Notes: generated by a model not told the origin, from the sequence alone. A DNA stretch of 64,000 bases from Dictyostelium discoideum (GCA_000004695.1 CM000154.2:1600001-1664000); one strand, 5' to 3'. Shown: positions 17,418 to 32,382, counted from the stretch's first letter. Translations and numbers: made by a program.

Positions 17418-18921
17418 TTAATAATAATAATATTAATAATAATAATATTAATAATAATAATAATATTAATTATGGACATATTAATGGATCATTATCAACA
17501 TTGGATGGAATTGGTCAACCATATATATCACAACCAAATGATCCAATTGAAAATATTACACAAATTTTAAAAAGAAATAGAATTATTTATAAAAAAGTTG
17601 AAGAGAAAAAAGAATTGGCAACTAGATTAAGAGAATTTTGTGAAATGTCTGTAATTACTTGTTCTAGACCTTTAATTACAAGACCAAGAACATCTTCATT
17701 ACCTTCACCATTAATAAGTTATAATAGTGGTAAAATAGGTGGTAATTACCATAAAATTTTATCACCATCCTCAGTTGATTCAACTTCACTAATTAGTGAG
17801 GATGATAAAATCATTGAGAAAGAAGAAGAAGATAATGTTGTTGAAGATGATGATGATGATGAGGTTAACAGTGAAGATTTTATACCAACTGCCACAACAA
17901 CAGCAACAACAACAACAACAACAATACCAAATCACCTTTCAAAAACTACATCTGGTGTTGGTATCAATAGTAATTCAAGTACACCAATCAATATAAATAG
18001 TGCAGGAGCAGGTGCAGGTGGTGGTGGTGAAATTAATCATATCGGTTATGATGATATCTCTTATTTGGATAAATGCAAAACTCCACCTGCTGAATCAAAA
18101 TTATCTGATCATGATTTCGAATTTGAGCTTTCAAAAAGTCATAGATGTGATTATTTAAATGATATCCTTTCTTTTATTCAAAAATTAGCTCACATTTCTA
18201 AAATTTTATTACCAATTCCGATCGATTTAAGACGTATGTAAAAAATTATAGGAAAGGAAAAAAAAAAAAATTAAAAATTATTAATAATAATTATTATTAT
18301 TTTTCAGAGGCAAAATTAAAACATGAAATTAGTTTATTAAATATTAATTTACCATTAGGATTATATGTCCCATTATGGCAAAGTTCAAATCATCATTGTG
18401 TTGTTAGAATTCCACCAGAAGAAGTAAAGATATTGAATTCAAGGGAAAGAGTACCATTTTTATTAGTATTGGAAGTGATTGAAAGTGAACATGAAGCATT
18501 ATCAAGTAATATATTTGAAGTTGTTTCATCTTATCTTCAATATACAACAGGTAATAGTGCTTTAAAGAAAGATGATATCAAACGTAAATATTACTCTGAG
18601 AAATTTAAGAAAAGCTTTTTAAATTCTTCAATAAATTCTACAATTAGTAATTCTAGTGATAGTTGTACAACTGAAACAACAACAACAAGTCCTGTAGCAA
18701 CATCACCAACATTACCAATAAATATTCCACATTCAAAATTAATTAATGATGGATCAAATTCAATAAGTAAATCATTACCAGTTACACCAACTCAATCAAC
18801 AGTTTTAAATAATTTAATTTCAACTTCAACAGCAATATCACCACCATCACAACAACAACAATTGCCATCACCATCCAATACTACTACTACTACAACAACA
18901 ACAACAACAAATACTAATAAT

Positions 18922-18954
<33 letters not shown>

Positions 18955-19881
18955 TTATCAACATCACCAACAAATGAAAAAATTTTAAATGAAAATAAAC
19001 AAAATTCATCACCATTTGGTGAATCATGGCAAGAAAAGATTGAACGTTATAAAAAGATATCACCATTTGGTGATTATCCAAATTGGAGATTATATTCAGT
19101 GATTGTTAAAACTGGTGATGATTGTAGACAAGAACAAATGGCAGTACAATTAATTAGTAAATTTGACGAGATTTGGAAAGAAACAAGGCTACCTTTATAT
19201 CTAAGACCTTACTCGATATTGGTAACAAGTAGTGGTGGTGGTATCATTGAAACTATTCCCGATACAATGAGTTTACACAATTTAAAGAAATCAACACCAG
19301 GTTTTACGACCCTATTAAATTATTTCAAATCAACCTATGGCGATCCAAGTGGATTAAGATTCCGTACAGCTCAATCCAACTTTATTGAATCAATGGCAGC
19401 TTACTCAATAGTTACCTATATCTTACAAATTAAAGATCGTCATAATGGTAATATTTTAATTGATAAGGAAGGTCATATTGTTCATATCGATTTTGGTTTC
19501 ATCCTATCCAATAGTCCTGGTAATATTTCCTTTGAATCTGCTCCTTTCAAATTAACTCAAGAATTGGTCGATGTTATGGGTGGTATTCAATCTGGTCAAT
19601 TCCAATACTTTAAGGTTTTATGTGTCCGTGGTTTAATTGAGGCTAGAAAACAAGTGGATAAAATCATATCTCTCATTGAAATTATGATGTCTGGTCCAAA
19701 AATGTCTTGTTTTGTTGGTGGTAAAGAAGTAATCGAACAATTGAAAGCACGTTTCTTTTTAGATGTAAATGAACGTGAATGTTCAACTTTAGTAGAGAAT
19801 TTAATTTCTTATTCAATTGATCACTTTAAAACTCGTTACTATGATAAATATCAGTCATGGTTAAATGGTATATATCAATAA
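16073..19881 (+). CDS. Phosphatidylinositol 4-kinase beta (PI4KB/Pik1-type). join(16073..16494,16687..18233,18308..19881)
   Basis: N-terminal PI4KB helical motif SIVKLYSGKFDSWMVICHLFKYRDNPGIVDFLCNKMYNLEDKDIDFYITQL, then ARFILDRCASSFRFAIKAYW. Pre-kinase ISLLNINLPLGLYVPLW..HHCVVRIPPEEVKILNSRERVPFLLVLEV. Catalytic domain YILQIKDRHNGNILIDKEGHIVHIDFGFILS..FKLTQELVDVMGG with PI4KB-like C-terminus. Long poly-N/T inserts. True ATG at 16073 (the track start 16058 is a TTG). Introns GTAAGT..TTTAG and GTATGT..TTCAG. Confidence 0.85.
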
Positions 19882-20019
19882 ATATTCTCTCTTTTTAATA
19901 ATCAATTGTTTATAAAAATAATAATAATTATTCATTAACTATAATAATAATTATTATTTATTATTCAAATTTTAAATTAAAATAAATAAAAACAAATAAA
20001 TAATTAATTGATCAAATAA

Positions 20020-20052
<33 letters not shown>

Positions 20053-20140
20053 TTTTAATAATAAATGAAATTAATTTTTTTTTTACATGAAATATTACTT
20101 TTTATTTATTTATTTATTGGTTAATTAAAATTTTATTTAT

Positions 20141-21859
20141 TTATGTAATTACATTGGGTTCATTTCTACCAGTATAATGATTTAATTTTGAAATTTCAAC
20201 AAGTGCAATATGAATTAAAGATTTAAGATGAGTTTGAACATCATTATTTAATTGAGTAGGTTGAGTTTCATATTTATCGAAATAAACACGAACTGTGGCA
20301 CCAGTTGAACCAGTACCACTTAAACGATAGATAATTCTTGAGCCATCAGTGAAAATGATACGAAGACCTTGATGAGAGGAAACTGAACTATCAATTGGAT
20401 CTTTATATTCAAAATCATCACAAGATGCAATTTCATATTCCAAAGAATCAGAGATACCAGTGAATTTCTTACCAATCAATTGTTTGGATTCAATTTGTTG
20501 AGAAACATGTTTCATCATTGCTTCGGCTGGAGCAGTGTCAATTTCTTCATAATCGTAACGAGAATAATAGTTTCTACCATATTTTGCCCAATGTTGTTTG
20601 ACAATCTCTTCAATGGAAACAAAGTTCTTATCATTGGTTGATTGATTATGATGAGTTAAAATTTGTAACCAACAAATGATAGCCCAAATACCATCTTTTT
20701 CACGAATATGATCAGAACCAGTACCAAATGATTCCTCACCACAAATTGAGAGGGTACCAGCATCCATAAGGTTACCAAAGAATTTCCAACCTGTTGGTAC
20801 TTCAAAGAATGGAACCTTTAAATCAGTGGCAACTCTTTCCAAAGCTGCACTTGTTGGCATTGAACGAGCTAAACCTTTTAATCCACCCTTATTGAAATAT
20901 GGGATTGCTTTGTAATTTGAAGCTATAACTGCAACGGAATCGGATGGATTAAGGAAGAAACGTTTACCAAGGATCATATTTCTATCACCATCACCATCAG
21001 AAGCACAACCCATATCAAATTCGCCATTATTCATTTTCTTTACCAAAAGTGGTGCATAGGTTAAATTTGGATCTGGATGACCACCATTGAAGTCCTGGGA
21101 TGGATTACAATTGATGAGACAACTCTCTGGGATACCTAACTCATCTGTGAAAATTCTTTTGCCATAGGCACCAGTGACGCCACTCATTGCATCGAAATTG
21201 AATGTGAAATTTGGATGATTCTTTACAAACTTTCTAATTCCATCAAAGTCAAAGATGGTTTTCAATAGGGAAACATAGTCATCTGCACTATCAATAACCT
21301 CTATAACGAATTCACCATCATTCCATTCATAAGTTTTAAGCAAACCCAAATTGTCGACACTTACATTTCTAGTAGTCTTAATTTGTGTGATTGATGTGGT
21401 ATGTTTATAGATTGCATTGGTGATTGATTCTGGAGCTGGACCACCATTGGACATATTATATTTAATACCAAAATCACCATTTGGACCACCTGGATTATGT
21501 GATGCTGTTAAAATGATTGCACCCAATGCTGAACGAGCACGAACGATTGCAGAGATTGCTGGTGTTGAAAGTAAACCATATCTTCCTACTAAAATCTTTC
21601 CAACTCCATTGGCTGCTGCAATTTGAAAAATTAATTGAATAGCATCATTATTGTAGTAACGACCATCACCACCAACAACAATAGTTGATCCTTTTAATTT
21701 ATCTTCTGGTAAAGCATTGAAAATTGATTGAACAAAGTTACCAAGGTAATTTGTCTTCATTACTTCAGTTACTTTTTTTCTTAAACCAGATGTACCTGGT
21801 TTTTGACCTTCAAATGGTTGGGTCGGTATAATATTTACTTTAAATGTTTGTTTGAACAT
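20141..21859 (-). CDS. pgmA: Phosphoglucomutase (PGM1-type, alpha-D-phosphohexomutase), single exon
   Basis: Full-length match to PGM1: GQKPGTSGLRKKV, active-site loop TASHNPGGPNGDFGIKYN, metal-binding loop DGDGDRNM, sugar-binding GEESFG, C-terminal TGRNEPNVIT. ATG at 21859. Confidence 0.9.
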   Translation of the reverse strand: MFKQTFKVNIIPTQPFEGQKPGTSGLRKKVTEVMKTNYLGNFVQSIFNALPEDKLKGSTIVVGGDGRYYNNDAIQLIFQIAAANGVGKILVGRYGLLSTPAISAIVRARSALGAIILTASHNPGGPNGDFGIKYNMSNGGPAPESITNAIYKHTTSITQIKTTRNVSVDNLGLLKTYEWNDGEFVIEVIDSADDYVSLLKTIFDFDGIRKFVKNHPNFTFNFDAMSGVTGAYGKRIFTDELGIPESCLINCNPSQDFNGGHPDPNLTYAPLLVKKMNNGEFDMGCASDGDGDRNMILGKRFFLNPSDSVAVIASNYKAIPYFNKGGLKGLARSMPTSAALERVATDLKVPFFEVPTGWKFFGNLMDAGTLSICGEESFGTGSDHIREKDGIWAIICWLQILTHHNQSTNDKNFVSIEEIVKQHWAKYGRNYYSRYDYEEIDTAPAEAMMKHVSQQIESKQLIGKKFTGISDSLEYEIASCDDFEYKDPIDSSVSSHQGLRIIFTDGSRIIYRLSGTGSTGATVRVYFDKYETQPTQLNNDVQTHLKSLIHIALVEISKLNHYTGRNEPNVIT

Positions 21860-22370
21860 ATCTTTATTTAAATTCTATATATATATATATAAATTTTTGT
21901 TTATACAGTGATTATAAAATAAAAAATAATGAATTAAAAAAAAAAATAAAAAAATAATAAAAAAAAAAAAGTGGGGTTTTTTTGATTTAAAAAAAAATAA
22001 AAAAATAAAAAAATAAAAAAAAAAATTAAAAAAATAAAAAAAAATTTCTAAATTTTAATATAAAATTAAAATATTAAAAAGGGAATTTGTAAATTGATTT
22101 ATGTTTTTTTTTTTTTTTTTTTTTTTGTAATAATTTTTTTTTTTTTTTTTTTTTATTTGTGTAAACATTAGTTTTAAGTAAAATATTTTATATGCAAATA
22201 TTTTATTTTAACTTTTTTTGGTAAAAAATAAATAAATAAAAAAATTTTAATTTAATAAAAAAAAAAAATTACAAAAAAAAAGGTATCAAAAATGTTAAAC
22301 CATCAGAATTCCCACTAATAATTTGTTTTTTATTTATTTTATTTTTTTTTTTTTTAATTTTTTTTTTTTT

Positions 22371-22436
22371 TTGATATCTTTTTTTTTTTTTTTTTTGATA
22401 TCTTTTTTTTTTTTTTTTTGATATCTTTTTTTTTAC
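22371..22436. promoter_or_regulatory. Three direct copies of TTGATATC embedded in T-runs, in the divergent pgmA / NAT-1 intergenic region
   Basis: ...ttgatatct(n)ttgatatct(n)ttgatatct(n)acgaacc. Spacing ~25-32 bp, ~130 bp upstream of the NAT-1 ATG. Putative cis-element, function unknown. Confidence 0.3.
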
Positions 22437-22563
22437 GAACCAGTAAAAAAAAAAAAAAAAGAACGATGAGTCAATTGTTTTGTTTTTTGTTTAGAAAAAA
22501 TATTTTTTAATTATTTTTAATTTTAATTTTATTTTACTACCTTATATGTGTATTAAAATAATA

Positions 22564-23654
22564 ATGAATCCATTTACAGATTATCAAGTACAATTTTTTG
22601 AAAGAATAAAATTGAAACCAAGAATAATTGAATCATTAGATGATATTTCAGAAGTTTTAGTAGCTTGTTCAAAAGTATTTACATTTGAAAATTTAGATAT
22701 CATAAGTAATACTCAAGAAGCATTAACAAGAAAAGTTTTAATAAAACAAGTTTTAATTAATAAACAAGGTGGATTATGTTATAAAGCAAATACTTTATTA
22801 TATTATTTCCTTTTAGATTTCGGTTTAAATGTTCACCAAACTAGAGCAACTTGTGAAAATCAAGGTATTTTTCTTTTTTTTTTTTTATTTCATTTTATTT
22901 TATTTTATTTTATTTTATTTTATTTTATTTTATTTTTAGTTTTAGTTTTGTTAATAAATATTTTTTTTTTTTTAAAGAGAGTCATAGTCGTTGGAATATT
23001 GGCCATGGTCATATGATTAATATATTGAATTTTGAAAATAAATTATATGTAATGGATGTTGCATTTGGATGTAATTTATCATTAAGGCCAGTACCAATTA
23101 CAGATGATGGTAGTGAAGTTATTGAATCTTGTATTGGATTATATAGAGTTATTAAAAGAGAAAATATAGTTGCTGGAGTATATCATTATACACATATTTT
23201 AGAACATAGAAAACCAGATACTTATTTAATTGAATCTGCAAAGAATTGGGTAATTGGTTATGCATTTGATCCTTTATTAATTTGTAAAAATGATGGTGAT
23301 GATGATGATGATGATAATAATAATAATAATAATACTCATCAAACTCAAATTCAACAATTAGTAATAGATGATCCAAATAAAGATTTTTGTGTAAAGCCAT
23401 TAGCAACTAAATTAATAAATAATACAGATAATAATAATAATAATAATTCAATAGCGACATTAACCTTAAATTCATTCACACTTACAAATTGTAAAACTGG
23501 CGAAAAAATTAAAACAAATTTTGATAATGATAATTTATTTGAACAATTTAATCAACATTTAATTTCAATTTTTAATTTACCACCTTTAAAAATTATACCT
23601 CAAATATTTTTAAATCAAACATCAAATTTTCCTATAAATAATTTAAATAGTTAA
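22564..23654 (+). CDS. Arylamine N-acetyltransferase (NAT) family paralogue 1. join(22564..22864,22978..23654)
   Basis: NAT N-terminal FENLDI, catalytic Cys in QGGLCYKAN, His in GHGHMINIL, Asp in YVMDVAFG. Intron right after ..CENQG, same position in all three paralogues, containing an (ATTTT)n repeat. Start chosen at the second ATG (MNPFTDYQVQFF) by homology to the paralogues. Confidence 0.8.
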
Positions 23655-23804
23655 ATAATAAGATTTAAAAAAAAAAAAAAAAATTTTTAAAAAAAATAAA
23701 TTAATTAATAATTTTTATTTCTTTCGATATATCTTATTTAATAAAAACAAAAAACTGCGAAAAAAATAAAAAAAATAAAAAGAATTAATTGTTCTAAAAA
23801 TGAA

Positions 23805-23906
23805 AANNNNNNNNNNNNNNNNNNNNNNNNNNNNNNNNNNNNNNNNNNNNNNNNNNNNNNNNNNNNNNNNNNNNNNNNNNNNNNNNNNNNNNNNNNNNNN
23901 NNNNNN
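23805..23906. other. Assembly gap (102 N)
   Basis: Run of n between NAT paralogues 1 and 2. Confidence 1.
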
Positions 23907-24316
23907 TAACTTTTTTTATTACTTTTTGGGTCACTATCTTTTTTTGGTCAAAAAGCAAGATTTTTTTTATGTTACAATCTTTTTTTGGTAATAACTTTTT
24001 TTATGTAAAATAAAAAATAAAAAAAAAAAATACCCCAAAAAAGGGTCGGAATAGAAGGAGTTTAAAAACATTGCTGACATCATTGATTGACGGTTAAAAA
24101 ATAAAATTAAAAAAAAAAAAAAAAATTTAATGTAAAATTAACAAAAATATGATTCCGAACTTTTTTGGGTAATTCCGAGCTTTGGTATAAGATTTTTTCG
24201 AATTCTTATTATTATTTTTTTTTTATTTAACTTTTTTTTTTTTTTTTTTTTTTTCATATTTTATTTTAGTCTAATAAAAGTTTAAAAACAAATATATATA
24301 TATAAACAAATAAAAA

Positions 24317-25307
24317 ATGGAACCAAATCCAATATTTAGCGAATTTCAATTAGAATTTTTTAAAAGAATTAAAATGCAACCAAAATCAATAGAAACATTA
24401 AATGATGTTTCAGAAGTGATGAGTGGTTGTGCACAAATTTTTTCATTTGAAAATTTAGATGTAGTTGCAAATACAACTGAACCTTTAAATAGAGAAGTGA
24501 TAATTCAACAACTTGTAAATAATAAACAAGGTGGATTATGTTATAAAATTAATTCTGTATTTTATTATTTTATTAAAAGTTTTGGTTTTAATATTTATCA
24601 AGTTAGATGTTGTGTTGAAAATCAAGGTATGTTTTTTTGGTTAAAAAAAAAAAGTTGAAAAAAAAAAAAAAAATTTTATTAACAAATTTTTAAAAAAATA
24701 AAAAATAAAAAATAAAGAAACACATGATTGTTGGCAAATTAATGGTGCACATATTATAAATATAATTGAATATGAAAATAAAAAATATTTAGCAGACGTT
24801 GCATTTGGATGTAATTTATCATATGAACCAATTCCATTTTCAGAAGAGATTATTGAATCATGTACAGGTTTATATCGTATTCGTAAAGTTGATAATATTA
24901 TTAGGGATATTAAATATACATATCTTTTAGAATTTAAAAAACCAGATTCATTTTCACCAGAATCTGCTCGTTTATGGACCAATGGTTATGCATTTGATCC
25001 ATTGGTAAAAGCAATTGATATTGATGAAAATGATAAAATTGATAGTCATGCAACTCAAATTCAACAATTAATTATTGATGATCCAACAAAAGAATTTAGT
25101 GTTAAACCTTTAGCTACAAAAGTTGTAAACAATGAATCAATAGCAACTTTAACCTCAAATTCATTCACTTTAACAAATTGTAAAACTGGTGAAAAAACAA
25201 AAGTTACCTTTGATATCAATAATGAAATCAAACAATTAGAACAATTTAATCAACATTTAATTTCAATTTTTAATTTACCACCTTTAAAATTTTTACCAAA
25301 AATTTAA
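24317..25307 (+). CDS. Arylamine N-acetyltransferase family paralogue 2, more diverged. join(24317..24626,24718..25307)
   Basis: MEPNPIFSEFQLEFF..FENLDV..QGGLCYKIN..CVENQG|ETHDCWQINGAHIINIIEYENKKYLADVAFG... C-terminus SIATLTSNSFTLTNCKTGEKTK..FNQHLISIFNLPPLK shared with the paralogues. Same intron position. Confidence 0.75.
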
Positions 25308-25651
25308 AAATAATATGAAAATAAAAAAATAAAAAAAAAATAAAAAAAAAATAAAAAAAATAAAAAAAAAAAAACAATTGATTCGTGTCTGAAAGTGTGG
25401 ATTTAAAAAAGAATCTAAATTTTAATTCAGGAATCTTCTTTTTTTAGAAAATGTTTGTGCAATAATTTATTTTTTTTTTTATTTTTTTAATTTTTTTTTT
25501 TTTATTTTTAATTTTAAAAGAAAAAAAAAAAAAAAAAAACAAAAAAAAATAAAAAAAATAAAAAAACCATATTTTTTTTCAACCTTTTACAACAGATATA
25601 TCTAAAAAAAAAAAAAAAATAAAAAAAAATAAAAAAAATAAAAAAAAAAAA

Positions 25652-25989
25652 ATGGAAGCAATTTCAATATTTTCAGATTATCAATTACAATTTTTTAAAA
25701 GAATTGGAATGAAACCAAAACCAATTGAAACATTAGATGATGTTTCAGATGTAATGAAAGCATGCTCAAATGTATTTTCTTTTGAGAATTTAGATATTGT
25801 ATCTAATTCATGTGAACCTTTAAATAAGGATGTATTAATAAAACAAGTAATATGTAATAATCAAGGTGGACTATGTTATAAAATCAACACTTTATTATAT
25901 CATTTTCTTTTAGAATTTGGTTTCAAAATTCATATAATTAGAGGTAGTGTTGAAAATCAAGGTATGTGAATAAAAATTAATTTTTAAAA

Positions 25990-26030
<41 letters not shown>

Positions 26031-26671
26031 TAATAATTGTTTACATTAATAATTTTATAGAAACTCATTCAGATTGGAATATTCCAACTGGTCATATGAT
26101 TAATATAATTAATTTTGAAAATAGGTTATATGTTGTTGATGTTGCATTTGGATGTAATCTTTCATTGAGACCAATTCCAATTACAGATGATGGTAGTGAA
26201 GTAGTTGAATCCTGCACAGGTTTATATCGTGTTCGTAAAGTTGAAAATTGTGTTTCTGGAAAATATAATTATACACATATTCTAGAACATAGGAAATTGG
26301 ATAGTTTTTTAATTGAATCTGGAAAGACCTGGGTGACAGGTTATGCATTTGATCCATTATTAATTGTTGATAATAATAATAATAATGAAAAAACAACCCA
26401 CCAAACACTTGTACAACAATTAGTAATTGATGATCCAACTAAAGAATTTAGTACTAAACCTTTGGCTACTAAAATTGTAAATGATGGTTCATCATTCTCT
26501 ATTGCAACTTTAACTGCAAATTCATTCACACTTACAGATTGTAAAACTGGTCAAAAAACTAAAACCAATTTTGATAATGATAAATCATCATTTGAACAAT
26601 TTAATCAACATTTAATTTCAATTTTTAATTTACCACCTTTAAAAACAATTCCGCCAATATTTTTAAATTAA
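25652..26671 (+). CDS. Arylamine N-acetyltransferase family paralogue 3. join(25652..25961,26061..26671)
   Basis: MEAISIFSDYQLQFF..FENLDI..QGGLCYKIN..VENQG|ETHSDWNIPTGHMINIINFENRLYVVDVAFG..; C-terminus nearly identical to paralogue 1. Cys-His-Asp triad intact. Confidence 0.8.
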
Positions 26672-27369
26672 TCAGAAAAAATAATAAAAAATAAAAATAA
26701 AAATAATACTTTTATTTTTTTTATTTTTTTTTTTAAAAAAATTTTAATTTTTTATTTATTTTTTTTTTTTTTTTTTATGTCGACTAAACGATACATATAA
26801 AAAAGACAACCGGAAATCTTTGGGCGATAATTTATTGGTGATTGTCTTTGGGCGAAATTTAATTGAAAAATGTTTTTTGTTTTTTTTTTTTTTTTTTATA
26901 TTTTTTTTTTTTTTTTTTTTTAAAATAAAATTTTTATTACTGTTATTTTTTTTTTTTATTTTATTTTATTTTTTTTATAAAATATATACTAATCTAAATT
27001 TAGTACTTTATAGGATCTTTTATAACAATTTCTTTTTTTTATACAAATAAACGAAACATATAAAGGTAGCTCAAAAAAATTAAAAACAAATAATTGGAAA
27101 TTAATAATAAAAAAAAAAAAAAACCCACACACAAGCCTTTGGTATCATCCTTTAACACAAAAATCTAATCAAAAAAAAAATAAAAAAAAATAAAAAAATA
27201 AAAAATAAAAGAAAAGAAAAAAAATGAAAAATAAAAAACACAAAGGTTTAATTCAAACCAATAACGAACACACAACACAAAATTAACACTACCACCATTA
27301 TTCTCATAACACACAACGATCATGGGTTAATTATTTTTATTATTATTGTTGGTTTACAAAATAATTAAA

Positions 27370-27401
<32 letters not shown>

Positions 27402-27535
27402 AAAAAAAAGTGATTGTGAGAGATTATTAATTTTTTAAATATTTTGTGTGTGTTTTTCAAAACAATAATAATAAAAAATCAATAAAATTAAAAAATTAAA
27501 AAATTAAATATAATAATAATAATAATATCAGCTAC

Positions 27536-27569
<34 letters not shown>

Positions 27570-27737
27570 AAGAGAGTGTGCAGGGGTAAAATAATTTTAA
27601 ATATTTTGTTTTTAGTTAATTATTATTATTTTTTTTCTTTTATTTGTTTATTTTTAATTTTATTTTATTTTTTGTTTTTTTGTTTTTAAAATATTTTTTT
27701 TTTATTTATTTTTTTTTAAAAATTTTATATTTTTTTN

Positions 27738-27836
27738 NNNNNNNNNNNNNNNNNNNNNNNNNNNNNNNNNNNNNNNNNNNNNNNNNNNNNNNNNNNNNNN
27801 NNNNNNNNNNNNNNNNNNNNNNNNNNNNNNNNNNNN
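27738..27836. other. Assembly gap (99 N), followed by low-quality sequence to ~27990
   Basis: Run of n, then ttaaggggatttaaggggttttaagggg...cccccccggggggtaaggttgg, which is atypical for this genome. Confidence 1.
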
Positions 27837-27984
27837 TTAAGGGGATTTAAGGGGTTTTAAGGGGATTTAAATTTTTTTGGAAACCTTACCGGTATTTTTA
27901 AATTATTTTGCCCCAAAACCCCCTTCCAAAAAATTTTCCCCCCCGGGGGGTAAGGTTGGTTAATTTTTAAAAAATATTCTGGGG

Positions 27985-28048
<64 letters not shown>

Positions 28049-28210
28049 CTTTTTGTTAATTAATACATATTATTAATATTCAAAATTCTAACGATTTTTT
28101 TATTTTTATTTTTATTTTTATTATAAAAAGGATTCAATCTTTAAACTACAAAACTAAAAATAGAACACAAAAAATTTTAAAATAGAAAAAAAAAACACAA
28201 AAAAAAAAAG

Positions 28211-28243
<33 letters not shown>

Positions 28244-28379
28244 CTTTCATCAAAAAGTTTTTTTTTTTAATTTTTTTATTTTTCGTATCTCAACTGTCAC
28301 AAAGTTTTTTTTTTTTTTTTTTTAAAATTTTTTTTTTAAAAAAAAAAAAAAAAAAATTTTTTTTTTTATTAAAATACCT

Positions 28380-30997
<2,618 letters not shown>

Positions 30998-31606
30998 CCC
31001 TATATAAATATATTAAAAAAAAATTAAAAAAAAAAAAAAATAAAATAAAATAAAAAAAACCATAAAAATATAATAACCCAAAAAATCAAATAATATAAAT
31101 GTTATTTATTTTTATTTTCTATTTTTATTTTTATTTTTTTATTTTTTTATTTTTTATTTTTATTTTTTTATAAAGATATATACAAATTCTCATACATAAA
31201 CACCCCCTCACACGATACTCAATCAAAACTTTTAAATTTTTTTTTTATAGTTTTTTTAGTTTAATATGTAATTAATTAAATTCATTCATATAATATATTA
31301 TGTCATAATGTGGGTTTGATAACCACACCTATATATCAAGTACTTATATAAAAAAATAAAAATAAAAATAAAAAAAAAAAAAAAAAAAAAAAAATAAAAA
31401 TAAAAAAAGGTGTGGTATCGACCGAATGGAAAACTATAAATAGAATTAGATTTTTTATTTTTTTTTTATTAGTATTAGTTTTTTTTAAAAAATAAATAAA
31501 AAATAAAAAAACTTAATAAATATAACAAAAAATAATTCAATAATATTAAACAATAGTTATATAATAATATTTGGGGAAAAAAAAAAAAAAAAAAATTAAA
31601 ATAACA

Positions 31607-32334
31607 ATGAGATTTTTAAAATCATTGTTATTATTATTTGTTTTAATTGGAAGTGGTAATGCTTCAAGATCAATTAATTTTGATAGATTCAATTTAGAAT
31701 TTAATAGTTGTGGTGGTGAAAATCAAAAACAACAACAATTACAAAATTTAAAAATTAATAAATGTTCAAAAATTGATATTAAAGATTGTTTAAATGGTTC
31801 ATTTATGTTAACAAAAATGGATGATGGATTTGTTGGTACTCATTACTCTGATTCAAAATGTCAAAATCCAAGTAACAAATTATTTTTCACATGTGATGGT
31901 AAAGAAGGTCAATTAATGAATAATAGTTTTTTTAAAGTTGCGTGTTTTCAATCAAATCAATTAAAATTTAATTATAATCAAACCCAAGAAAAATATCATA
32001 GTAAATATATTGAATTGTTAGAGAAAAATAAAAATACAAATAATAAAAATGGAAATAATTTTAAATTTACAATTATGGATGATAATATAATTTCTGATTT
32101 AAAACAAGAGAAATTTAATAACCAATCAAATTCCAAATATAAAATTACTGATAATAATTATTTGGATGATCAACAAGAACATGAAAATACTGAATTAAAA
32201 TCAAAACAAACTTCAAGAAATAATAATAATTATAAAAATAATAATAATAATAATAATAATAACAATAATAATAAAAATAAAAATAATAATAATAATATAA
32301 ATACTAATATTAGAAATGGTAAAAATAATAATAA

Positions 32335-32382
<48 letters not shown>

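Noticed and set aside
27100-27330. A/C-rich segment (…cacacaagcc…aacgaacacacaacacaaaattaacactaccacc…) as a possible gene or ncRNA
   Set aside because: No ORF and no recognisable RNA motif. It is more likely 5' UTR or promoter sequence of the downstream ankyrin/PH gene, and lies in a region with assembly problems.
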